A stretch of DNA of 64,000 bases from NCBI GenBank assembly GCA_965603825.1, contig CBFDEM010000032.1, positions 682,001-746,000 on the forward strand, read 5' to 3'. Shown here in pieces: positions 12,310-23,469 of the stretch; the first letter of the stretch is position 1, and the number at the start of each line of letters is the position of its first letter. Made by a program: the position numbers and the translations under genes. The notes below the pieces were generated by a model. It was not told where the DNA came from and did no database searches. It worked only from the letters and a program-made list of their open reading frames with translations. The DNA is from Blepharisma stoltei ATCC 30299. Lineage: Eukaryota > Protista > Ciliophora.

Positions 12310-13242
12310 TTATTCATGGAGTTTTACTATAATAAGAGTCATATTGTCACATCCTGGGCCTCCTGCTTCCTCAGCTAAGCATTGGTCTAAAATTTCTTCA
12401 GCAATCACGTTAATTGTTTTATTGTTTCTCATCCCTTCATATATCAAGTTTACACAATTTTGATTTGTTAGCATGTCCCAAATTCCATCACAAGCTAAAA
12501 CCAAAAAATCGCAGTCTGGTGTAATTTCATAAACAGCTATATCTGGAAAAGATGTTAACATTTGGCCACATGGTGGGAGTCCATCATTTTTCTTATATTC
12601 CAAATCTCCAATACATCTACTTAAATTCAAATTCCCCATAACTCTCCCGCCTTGCACCCATCCTTTTGCATTTGTAATCCGATTAAATTCTATTTCATTA
12701 TCCGGCTTATGATCATGAGACATTGCAATTGCTTCCCCGTTTTTCGCTAAAATGCACCTCGAATCCCCAGCATTTGCCACAATAATCCGATTATTTTTTA
12801 TAAGTGCAGTTACAGCTGTACATCCAACCAAATCTGCCTCTTGCTCTCCATTGTCTTCTTTTTCGTCTTCAGGCAAATCAGCAACTATTCTTGCTAATTC
12901 TATTTTGGATTCTGTAGAAAATAAAAGCTCGTCCATATTCAAATAGGTTTCCTGCAATGCAAGCTCATATGAGCCTTTCTTATAGTTTTCATTTTGTAGT
13001 AATACATCACAAAAATGACGTGAGACAAAGATTGCGACTTCTTTGCCGCCATGACCGTCATAAACTCCAAATAGCATCCCATCTCCACCTAAGGATAATT
13101 CTATAATTTTGGAGTCTTCCATTGAAGTACGCCAACCTTGCATATCTGAAGCGGCATAGCTGGATAAAAGTTACCTTATTGACTGATGATGGCCTACAAT
13201 AGTATTTTTTTGTATATTGGGAGTAGAGAGATAAGTACCCAT
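12310..13242 (-). CDS. Protein phosphatase 2C (PPM family) with N-myristoylation motif
   Basis: MGTYLSTP...YAASDMQGWRTSMED, GVYDGHGG, ANAGDSR, DHKP, LACDGIWD and GCDNMT motifs. One 15-nt intron. Confidence 0.93.
13160..13174 (-). other. 15-nt spliceosomal intron
   Basis: GTAACTTTTATCCAG; removal joins the MGTYLS N-terminus to the PP2C domain. Contains an in-frame TAA. Confidence 0.9.
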
Positions 13243-13411
13243 TTTAATTGTGATAATCCAAGATCAGCCATATGAGAAATATCAATAATGCAACAGAAAA
13301 TATTGTGGATTGAGTTTTAAAGGTTTTTATATTTAATTCTGAAAAATTTGCTAGAAAATTTAACTATAATTATTTAGCATCTAAAAATTTTTAATAAAAA
13401 TATTGTGTATA

Positions 13412-15421
13412 ATGGACAAAATTGCGAAATCTGAAGAAAGATCACTTAGTGATGAACAAAATCAGTTAATTTCTATTGTTGGGGAAAATGAAAGGCTAAG
13501 AATTCAACTATCAAAAGTTCAAGATGAGTCATATGGAAAAACTTTACAAATAAATGGGCTAAAATCTCAAATAGAAACTCTCCAATCGAAACTTACAAAA
13601 TCCAGTGTCGCTGATGTTAATTCAAGCCTTATCGATCCAGAAATGAACACTATAAAAGAACAATATAGAGAAATTCAGCTCCAGATTTCACAAAAAGAAA
13701 AAGAATTAGAAGAATTGAAATCAGAACACCATCAAGCATTAAATAATAAAGAAAAAAGGATAATATATTTAGAAGGGAAATTAATAGGCTTGGCAAGGAT
13801 AGAAAAAGAAAAAGTTGAGCTTGAGAAAAAAATTAAAGCTTTAATTGAAGAAAATAGTGCGATTCAAAGAGAGCTGGAAAAGGTAAATAAAGTTTCGAAA
13901 GAATTGGAAGATGAGATTAGCGAACATCAAAACAAAAATGAAGAAATTGAATCAGAAACAGAGAAGCCAAAAATTGAAGAGGTCACAGAAATAGAAAATA
14001 GGCCAAATCTCGAAGAAATTTTAAATGAAATTGCGAAGCAAAAAGAAATAATAAAAGAGCTTAAAGAAAAAATTTTAGAGGCCGAAAAAGAACTGAATCA
14101 AAAAAATACTCTTTTGGAGCAGCAAAGTTCTAAAATAAATGAGCTTACCTTATCCCTAAATTCTTATAAAGAATTATGCACAAACTATCAAAAGCAAATC
14201 CTTGAGATCACCCATTCAGAGGAAGAAAAAAATTCAATTTTACATAGAAATTCCACCCTCTCAGCTGATAATGATAAGCTCTTATTAGAACTTTCTACGA
14301 AATCTCAGACTATTGACGAATTAAAACAAATAAACTCAAAGCTGACTGAAGATATGGAAAGATCATCGAAAACCCAAAACTCAGACGAAATTTATCAACT
14401 AAAAATGAAAATTATGCTTCTACAAGCAGAAATTGAAAATAAAGAATCCCAGCTTGAAAAATCCTGAAAAGAAAGAATAATTCATAAAGAAAGAGCAGAC
14501 AGCTTAGAAAAATATTTTCAAGATGAAAAATCAGACCATAAAAAAGAAATGCTATTTCTCCAAACAAAAATCGCGAAATTAGATGAAGATTATAAAGCAA
14601 ATCAGCTGCAGACATTAAGCTTAACAGAATATATCAATAAAATAGAATTTTCCCTTGAAAATAATAAGAAAAAATTAGAAAAAAATAAAGAAAAATTAAA
14701 ACAAATGAAAAGGAAAAATAAAACAAATGAAGAAGATTGCAGAAATATGAATGAAATAATTTCGCAATTAAGTGAAGAAAAAGCAAAGCTGGAAACAATA
14801 AATAAAAAAAATGAAAATAAATATAGAGAAGATTTCAAAAAAAATGAAGCTGTTATTAAACAGCTTTCAACAAAAATAAATAGCTTAGAAGCAAAAATTT
14901 CAGAACAAAGCACAATTTTAGCTTCAAAAGACCAATTAATTTCAGCTGCAAATAAGCAAATTAATATTTTTAAAAAAAGGACAAGCATTCAGCATGGAAA
15001 TTCAAATAAAAATTTTGAAGAGAAAATTGGTGCGCAGAATAGGAGGATTGAGGCTTATGAATCGCAAATAAAAATGCTTAAAGAGATGGTTAAAGGTCTG
15101 CAAAATGATGTAAAAACGAAAACACAAGAAATTATGAGATTTAAAAAATCGAGATCAGAGCATGTTTCTCCACAAATGCTTGTGACTAAAAATAGAATCC
15201 CAGAATTCTCACCGTATAGATTTATGGATAAAAACCCATACGGCCAAGATACTTTTAAGCTTATAATACCTGATCTTGAGGAGTTGAACAGAGAATCACC
15301 GTTTGTGAGAAGGAAAAATGCAGTGAATATTTTTAAAATAACGTCTCCAATAAAACAAAAGTCAAAAATTGATCTTAGAGCAAGTAATGATTTTGCTATG
15401 AGCAAAGGAGAATTAATGTAA
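13412..15421 (+). CDS. Long coiled-coil protein (669 aa)
   Basis: ORFs 13403..14467 and 14549..15421 are in frame and joined by TGA(Trp) at 14465. E/K/Q-rich heptads. Confidence 0.75.
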
Positions 15422-15734
15422 AAATTTAAATAAACATTTGATTATTAGGCATCATGATAATTAATTTTATTAATATTAAATATAGTAAAAAATAACTGTT
15501 ATTCTTTATCATAATTAATTCCGATACCTATGTATCTTGCTTAGAAATCAACTATGCTGTGAAATGCATCACCAGTCCGAAATAAAGACTAATATTTTGG
15601 TTAAAAATTCCAGAACATTAGGCTTTGCCCGAATTAATTTATAAAATTTCTTATAGCCATAATATCATTAACTGTGAAATTTTTTAATTTTTGCATCATC
15701 GACATTTACACAAAAATACATATCAGATAAGAAT

Positions 15735-17099
15735 ATGGAAGAAACACAGAACATAGAGACTTTGAACTTTACAATAGACCCAAACGAGCCAGTTACACAG
15801 ATAGAAAGCTTTTGTCCAAATTGTGAAGGGCAGGGTATTACTCGTTTACTTCTTTGCAGTATTCCATTTTTCAAAGATATAGTAGTGTCCTCTTTCACTT
15901 GTGAAACCTGTGGCTATCGTAACAACGACGTCCAAAATGCTTCCACATTAGCTGAAAAAGGCTGCAGAATTTTCTTAGCAGTCTCCAACAAACAAACGTT
16001 AAATCGTGAAGTCGTAAAATCAGAGTACGCAACCATAACAATCCCTGAAATCCAACTCGAAATCCCAGCATCCACACAAAAAGGTAGCTTAAACACAATT
16101 GAAGGAATTTTGAAAAAATCCAGAGATGATTTATCAGCTCTTCAAGAAGAAAGAAGGCAAGTTGACCCTGAATTAGCCACAAAACTTGACGCTTTCTTAG
16201 AAAATCTAAATAATCTTATTCATGGAAGAATTCCTTTTACGCTCATCTTAGACGACCCTTCAGGAAACAGCTTTATATCATTTGATGCATCAAGATACAA
16301 TATTGCTGAAAATGATCCTGCTTTAAGAATTGAGCACTACACAAGAACCAAAGAACAAATGGTCTCAATGGGATACATGGCAGACGATGTTGACGTTTTA
16401 ACTGACAAACTAGACAACACAAACCTAGAAGACAAAATTTCAGCACAAAACCATGACTTCGCCAAACCTCTTGACGAAAGCAAAATTACTGAAGAGCCTG
16501 TAGAAATGCCAACAGAATGCTATGCTTGCCATCAGCCTGGTACCGTAAAAATGTGTGTCACAAATATCCCACATTTTAAAGAAACTGTTGTGATGGCTTT
16601 TCAATGCGATTATTGTGGGGCAAAATCCAATGAAGTTAAAGGCGGAGGAGAAATTTCACCTTTAGCAAGAAGAATTGAGCTGAGAGTGCAGTCTGTAGAG
16701 GACATGAAAAGAGATATTATTAAGTCAGAGACATGCAGCTTAGACATCCCTGAACTTGGCTTAACCTTACAACCAGGAACTCTAGGTGGATTAATTACTA
16801 CTTTAGAAGGAGCTCTTGTAAAAATCCACCACGAATTATGCAGAAATGTAGGCTTTGGAATGGGAGATAGCGACACACCTGAAGACTCTAATAAGATGGC
16901 AGTGTTTTTGAATAAACTAAAGAACTGCAAGCACGTAAATGAGCCATTTACTTTTATTTTAGATGACCCATTAGCTAATAGCTTTATATCAAGTCCTATA
17001 GAGAATGACCCACAAATAATAATTACAGATTATCCGAGGACTGAAGAACAAAATGAAGAACTTGGCCTAGCAGATATGGTACTAGATAATTATTCATAA
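15735..17099 (+). CDS. ZPR1: Zinc finger protein ZPR1
   Basis: Two C4 fingers (CPNC..CETC; CYAC..CDYC), each followed by a ZPR1 A/B domain (IPFFKD, VVKSE, TIEG, LDDPSGNS; IPHFKE, IKSETC, TTLEG, LDDPLANS). Confidence 0.95.
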   Translation: MEETQNIETLNFTIDPNEPVTQIESFCPNCEGQGITRLLLCSIPFFKDIVVSSFTCETCGYRNNDVQNASTLAEKGCRIFLAVSNKQTLNREVVKSEYATITIPEIQLEIPASTQKGSLNTIEGILKKSRDDLSALQEERRQVDPELATKLDAFLENLNNLIHGRIPFTLILDDPSGNSFISFDASRYNIAENDPALRIEHYTRTKEQMVSMGYMADDVDVLTDKLDNTNLEDKISAQNHDFAKPLDESKITEEPVEMPTECYACHQPGTVKMCVTNIPHFKETVVMAFQCDYCGAKSNEVKGGGEISPLARRIELRVQSVEDMKRDIIKSETCSLDIPELGLTLQPGTLGGLITTLEGALVKIHHELCRNVGFGMGDSDTPEDSNKMAVFLNKLKNCKHVNEPFTFILDDPLANSFISSPIENDPQIIITDYPRTEEQNEELGLADMVLDNYS

Positions 17100-17516
17100 T
17101 TTATAGGATCTTTATATATCAATTTTATAATTTTTCAAATTTTAATTCTGCAAATATTTATATTGATCATAGTAGGGTTATTGACTGAGGGGATTTTGAT
17201 TGGACTCTATATTTGAAAGTGCCTAGGTCAAATGAGCATATTTTTGTAAATAATTAGATCATCACTGATCTATATGCTTTCTTCCTAGCTAAAGGAGGCT
17301 TAGCTCTATGAATTCTGTTATTTAGTTTACTAACGGACCAGTTTTTAGGCTTTTTTGATGCGATATAAACTTAAAGCTATCATGATAGTCACTTAAGCTG
17401 ACAATTACATTAAAATATTTAATAATTTAAAGTAAGCATTTCTTACTAGAAATAAATTATATCTTTTAATAATTTTGATAGTAACCTATTTTTATTTAAT
17501 GATTTTTATTAGTTGT

Positions 17517-19880
17517 TTAAAGCTTACCCACATAAACAACTCCACTCAAATTATTCTCAACAAACACAGTTTTATCTGAAACTATAACTCTATCTATATC
17601 CAAAATCGTATCTGAGTCTGTCCCTATTCTTTTTTGGTGATTTTTTATACATTCTTCAGCATCCCAAATTAATATTATCAGATTATATAGCGTTGATGCT
17701 ATATATCTACCACATTCAGAGAATGAAATTTTTCAAATTCCTGAGAAGCTAACATTCATTTTAGCGATTTTTGCACAATTTGTTGTATCCCATAGAATAA
17801 TATCAGAGCATCTAGCTGTAATGAAATATTGTCCACAAGGTGAAAAGCATGACTCACAAGGTTCATATATTTCGCTTGATTCATGGCTGACTGATGAAAA
17901 TAATTTTGTATCAATATTGAGTATTAAAATTATGCTTTTATTACGGGAATTATGTAATGCAGCTCATTTTTTGCAAGGAGAACAAGTAATACTGCCTATT
18001 TCTGCTCCAAGAAATATGTGCTCAATTTTGATACTGTTTTGCCTTCATATTCTCACAGAATCAGGAGGCACATAATATATAAGATAGTCACCTGTAAATT
18101 TGCAGATTTCACAAAAACCAATATTATTTATTGATTTTATAATTGCACCTGAATCAATGCTATAAATCAAATATGAGTCATCCTGGCAAGAGTACAAAGA
18201 AAATTGATTATATTCTCATGATATTTGTAATTCATAAAATTGGTAGCCAATTTTAATTGATGTGACCAATTTTTGATATTTAATGTTCCAAATTTCAATA
18301 AAATCATCATTTCCAAAGGCATATAAATCGCCGGAGCTTGCTAAATAATTCGATTTCACATTGATGGGTAATTTAGTAGATTTTATAAGTTTTCTGGTTT
18401 CAATATCAAATATTTTTGTAAATCCTGATAGAAAATTAAGAATGATGTTTTCAGAGAAAATCATTGATGAGATATAAAAATTATTTGTCTTTAAATTAGG
18501 TTCTTCAGTGAAATAATAAGATTTTAAAGTTTTCGATGCACATTTTAATCCAAAATAATCATAATTACATAAACCATAAAGCTTGATATCATTATATATC
18601 TCTCATATTTTCTCACTTTTTGATGTTTTTAAAAATTTTTGTTTTTCAATATCAATGATCCACAATTTTTTATAATTCACCTCTTCAATAAATTTATTAC
18701 TTGAATTAAAATACATTTTTACAGTGTCGTATTTTATTTTTCATATCGGCTCATCTCCCTTTATTTTTCATAATTCAAGATAATTGCCCCAGTGATCAAA
18801 ATAAATATCATTTTGGAAACCATGGTTATTTGAATATTTTTTATATTTTTCGCCAGACTCAAAGTACCAGATTTCTATGTTTTTTCGTCTTAGTTTTCTT
18901 CATACAAGAAATTTTTGTGAAAGGTTTACCAAGCTACAATTTTGTGGATTTTCACCAAAGTCAATTTGATAGAGAGTTTTAAAAGTCGCTATTTCTTTAA
19001 TCATAATAAAATTTGGCATAATATAAGCTAGCATAGTATCGCTGATTATTGAGTCTAATGCGTCCTTATCTTCGAACTCGATCACCTTTGAGTCTCCAGC
19101 GAAATTCCATATAGCAAGTTTTGCAGAATTCTTATATAAAATATAAAGACTAGAAGAATCCAATGAAAATTTCAAGTCTTTGATGTCTTTTCAGAAATAA
19201 TTTGATATCTCTACTGTACAGATGATTTTTTCTAAATCAGTGGAAATTAAAAATATGGAATCATCCTTCTCATTAACTACTGCCACATATTTTTCGCATT
19301 TCGAGATAGCAAGCTTCCAAACAGAATTTCCATCAAAAATTAATTTTGAGAGCTTGGAATCCCTCATTTTACAATTCGAAAAATCACAGTGCGCAACTAC
19401 TGACGATGTAAAGTCAGCAAAAGTTAAATCACTATTTGAAAAATTTGCTTTTAAGAAAGAATTTTTTGATAAATCTGCATAAGGGATTTTAATATTTGAG
19501 AAATCTTTATTGTCAAAAATAAATCCTAGTTTATTCAGAATTGTGGCTGCATTGCTAGATGCTTGTGAAATTTCTTCTGAATCTCTTGATAGAAGAATAA
19601 TTTTGTAAAAAAGTTGCAGGTGGTCTTTTGATGCGAATTTTTGAAGATGCCTTGTGATATTTCAATGGTCAGCAAAATTTATGACGTTGAAATATGAATT
19701 TTTAACAGATAAAACAGTTATTCAATTCTTCGCGTCGTTAAGAAGCTTTTGAGCCAAATAGATTTCATGAGAAGATGACTTTTCATGTTTAATAAAATGC
19801 TTTAGCCCTGCAAATGTTTGAAATTGTATTTTGAAAGGATTGTGAGGAACTTTGACAGGGGAATAGTTTTTATTTGCCAT
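17517..19880 (-). CDS. Pentapeptide-repeat plus divergent WD40 beta-propeller protein (787 aa)
   Basis: One frame from ATG 19880 to TAA 17517 when the many TGAs are read as Trp; ends and several internal segments were checked. ASSNAATILN..GFIFDNKDFSNIKIPYADLS...ANFSNSDLTFADF pentapeptides precede WD-like repeats (FSLDSSSL..AIWN, IEIWN, FSPCGQY, ILIWD). Confidence 0.8.
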
Positions 19881-20270
19881 GTATAAATACTATAATGTAT
19901 ATGGTTAAAAGTATCGGATGTATGGCTTATAAAATATAGCAGCTTTTGATTTGCTTTATTGTTTAGTACTAGATAAAATATCATTTATTTTATGGCTTCT
20001 CTAGAATCTTTGATTAACTTAACATAAATTTCATTATGATAGTTATATTTAAGTAATCCAGAGATGCTATTTTATTAATTATTCATCTTTTATTTATATT
20101 AAATGTATGCTATATTGGGCATGACAGGTGCCTAAGCTTTCGTAAGAATTGTTTTATAATTTAATCGAATTAAATTTTATTGTTTCATCAAATTTTAAAT
20201 CTTATTATACTGGCCTTATTGATATTTCACTCGAAATTATTAATAAAGCAATATTTTGCTATTTTTAAAT

Positions 20271-20984
20271 TTATGATGGTTTATCTATAGTCTCACTTTG
20301 AGACTGGTTAATTTCTTTGAGTCTCTCTATTTCTTTTTGTAATTTCCACATTTTAATGCTGTGCAAATTTTCCTCAATTTTTTTTCGTTGTCTTACATTG
20401 TTTACTATAAGATAAACTGTGTAAAAAATTAACCCTGTAACTACAATTGTATAAATAACAGCAAAAGTATCGCTAAGCCAAGTATGTTTTTCTTCTTTAT
20501 TGTGATCTCTTATAAGCATTTGATATTTTCTTTGCCTTTCTTTTTCTTGTTTAAAAATCTCATCGATGCTTTTACCATTATAATAAATATTCTGCCTTTC
20601 TTCAGATTTTTTAGATCGTTTTTCTTTTTGTCTGAGTCATTCTTCATGCAGATTTTTTTGGTCTTGGGAATTCTTGTAAGGGTCTCGATTATTTGTTTTA
20701 ATTCCTTTTGGATAAAAGTTGCCAGAGTCATATAGAGAGCGAAGTGACTTATCGCTAAGGATTTTATATGCTTCATTTACTTGCTTGAATTTTTCAGAAT
20801 TACCTGCAGGGCAATCAGGGTGATGCTTTTTAACTAACCTCAAATATGCTTGGCGAATTTCTAATTCTGTGGATTTCTCTGGTATATTAAGAACTGCATA
20901 ATAATTCTTTGGAGTATCAGTTGTTGTGAATTTTCTGAAAAAAATTGATTTGATATGTTTAGGGAAAAATTGTTTAATAAGCAT
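20271..20984 (-). CDS. J-domain (DnaJ) protein with probable mitochondrial presequence and C-terminal TM helix
   Basis: NYYAVLNI...IRQAYLRLVKKHHPD...FKQVNEAYKILSD...YD. TGA(Trp) at 20637 joins it to the 20271..20519 ORF, which has the hydrophobic segment TFAVIYTIVVTGLIFYTVYLIV. Confidence 0.85.
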
Positions 20985-21034
20985 ATAAATATCCAAAATT
21001 ATTAGAAAATATATAATGAAAATCACAGTTAAAT

Positions 21035-21847
21035 TTATTTACTTTTTTTTTTCATTTTGTATTGATTTTCAATTGAATTTATGTTTGAGTCCAAAAAGTA
21101 GGAATTTGCTTCTATCGTATTGATATTTTCTAATAAAGTGCATAATGAGCCATCAGAATCTCCATTTTCATAATGCATGCAGCCATCTACTTCATCCAGC
21201 ACCTTTTTAATCTCTTCTAAGTTTTTGTTAACTATATTAGCTTTAGCATATATAAGCTTTCGCTCGTCAGACCCCGATTTACTTGAATGTACCTCAAACT
21301 TGCTTAAAATTTCGTCTAATCCTTCTTCAATTTCTTCAAGAGAAGCATTAATCTCTTTCTGCTCTTCCAAAATCATATCTAAATTATCATTAATCCCTTG
21401 GCTTGCGGACCCTATTTTCTGTATAAGTTCTTGCATTGCAATGATTTCTTCTTGGTTTTCATAGAAATTAACTTCGTTTTTGGACAATTTCTCTGAATTT
21501 TTCTTAAAAGCAGCATAAAGCGCATCAAATTTCGATTTTCAATTGGTAAACATTTCCATAATTTTAGCCTTATACCCAGTTGCGATACCAAAGTCTATTT
21601 TTTTAGGCTCAGTTGAAATTTGAGCTGAAAATGCTGATAAAGGCTTTGAATTGTCAGGGAGGGAAGATTTTTGATTCAAAAAGAATGAAGATGAGCTTTC
21701 TTGAGGGGGATTTGTGATAGGCTTGTTTGTAGACTCAGTCTTAGGGTTCATAAAGAATGGAGAAGTATTAGATTGAGTTGTGCTTAAATTTAGAGGTGTT
21801 TTTGAAGATTGAGCTGGATTTGCAAAATTTCCAAATGGGTTTGACAT
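21035..21847 (-). CDS. NUP62: Nucleoporin Nup62/Nsp1-like, FG-poor
   Basis: S/T/N/P-rich N-terminus with NPFG, then IMEMFTNW(TGA)...ENQEEI...NLDMILEEQKEI...DERKLIYAKA. This resembles the Nsp1_C coiled coil (LINKW...ENGEKI...ELDFILSQQKEL...EREKTYKLA). Confidence 0.72.
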
Positions 21848-21935
21848 AATTATTATTTACTTTATTATGGTGATAAATATTTTAAATATAAAATTGCAAA
21901 ATGGTATGCATAAAATTATTAACTTAATCATTTTT

Positions 21936-23144
21936 CTAATTGAATATCAACGCCAAAATTCCCATAGCCAATCCCAAAGCATTATTTGCACAAAAGATAT
22001 TATAAGCGCCTTGAAGAATTGCAAAGGTTGATATATATTTATCTACTTCTCCATACTGTGAAATAAGGTAGACTTTTCCATCCCCATTATCAACTACATA
22101 TAACTCGTTTTCTCCTATGCATAATCCCCTGGCTTGGTTCAGCCCACTCATCATAGATACTGACTCATTTGATTTTTCTCTATAAATTAGCACCTCTTTA
22201 TCAGTACTATAATAAATTCCATAGCTGTTAGCAGTTACTCCCCAAGCAGAATCATAATTTGAATCAATAGTTTGTGTTGAGCTAGATTTTTCATCTAAAT
22301 TTGACTTTATAAGAGTCCCTGATTTTTGCCCATTTTCACTGTTAACCCAATATATAAAATTGTCGTTAACTTCTAAAGCTGCTGGTGAGCTCACTGAAGT
22401 TAAATACAGTCCAGAAAACGCTGTATATCCAGAATCAGAAGTCCCCAAATACAAATCAGAAGCATAAAGCAGATAAATTTCATTTTTAGCTTTATCAGCT
22501 ACATACACATTTCCATAATCGTCAACAGAGCACTCATAAGGTTCATCACCATTATAAACCACTACAAAATTATCTGATTTCAGCTCCAAACCACTATAAG
22601 TTTGTTTATATTCAAATTGATAAACTTTTCCGCTCCCTGAATCTGCAACATATAAAAATTGGTTATCTTCATCTGCACAAATCCCTGTTGGCTTATTTAA
22701 GCCTACAACGATATCATAAGGCTCACTAGTGCTTCCTCTGAAATAAACTGTGACCTTTCCAGAGGCAGATTCTTCTGTAAAACTAGTAACTAATAAATAT
22801 ACAAATCCAGTAGGTAAATCGTCTCTTATGAAATTTTTAGTCTCGATAAATTCAGTTGGTGTTTGCAAAAATGAGGTTGTTTGGCCTGCTTTTATTAAGG
22901 AAATTGACCCATCTACAGAAATCTCATACTGCCGTCCTTGATATTCGACTGTATATATTTGAGAATCTGAATAACCATTGTCAATTCTTGTCGGTTGGTC
23001 ATCAAAATCAGAGTCTGTAGCTACTTTTACTGCATCTCCATCAAAAGTTTCATCTAAAGTAATTGTAGTTGGCTCCTCTATTGTAATTTGGTCTGAATCT
23101 TGAGCGAAAGTTAATGCAACTAAGCAAATATATATCAATTTCAT
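21936..23144 (-). CDS. Secreted, probably GPI-anchored beta-propeller protein (NHL/YWTD/SMP-30-like)
   Basis: Signal peptide MKLIYICLVALTFA; repeats GLNKPTGI..LYVAD, VYVAD, IYWVN and GLNQARGL..LYVVD; hydrophobic C-terminal tail. Confidence 0.8.
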   Translation of the reverse strand: MKLIYICLVALTFAQDSDQITIEEPTTITLDETFDGDAVKVATDSDFDDQPTRIDNGYSDSQIYTVEYQGRQYEISVDGSISLIKAGQTTSFLQTPTEFIETKNFIRDDLPTGFVYLLVTSFTEESASGKVTVYFRGSTSEPYDIVVGLNKPTGICADEDNQFLYVADSGSGKVYQFEYKQTYSGLELKSDNFVVVYNGDEPYECSVDDYGNVYVADKAKNEIYLLYASDLYLGTSDSGYTAFSGLYLTSVSSPAALEVNDNFIYWVNSENGQKSGTLIKSNLDEKSSSTQTIDSNYDSAWGVTANSYGIYYSTDKEVLIYREKSNESVSMMSGLNQARGLCIGENELYVVDNGDGKVYLISQYGEVDKYISTFAILQGAYNIFCANNALGLAMGILALIFN

Positions 23145-23469
23145 TGTAAAACGGATTTAAAAGACATTTTTAATAACTTAGAAAATTTATGCAGTTTCTA
23201 ATCATTTTTTATAATCTTTATCAAATGCACTAATTCAGGCTGAAAATTTTATTAATTATGAATAATAATAATTTTTTGAAATTAATTCGCAAAATTAAAT
23301 AGTAAAAAAATCCTAATGGGTTAATTTATAATAAAATTATATGGCCAAATATAGTCTTATTTTACATAAATTTCTTGCTTATCACTAATGGCATTATTCA
23401 TTCTTTATTTGTATTATTACAAATTTGTCGTAATATTAAAAACAAATCCAGAATAATTAATTTCTAAAA

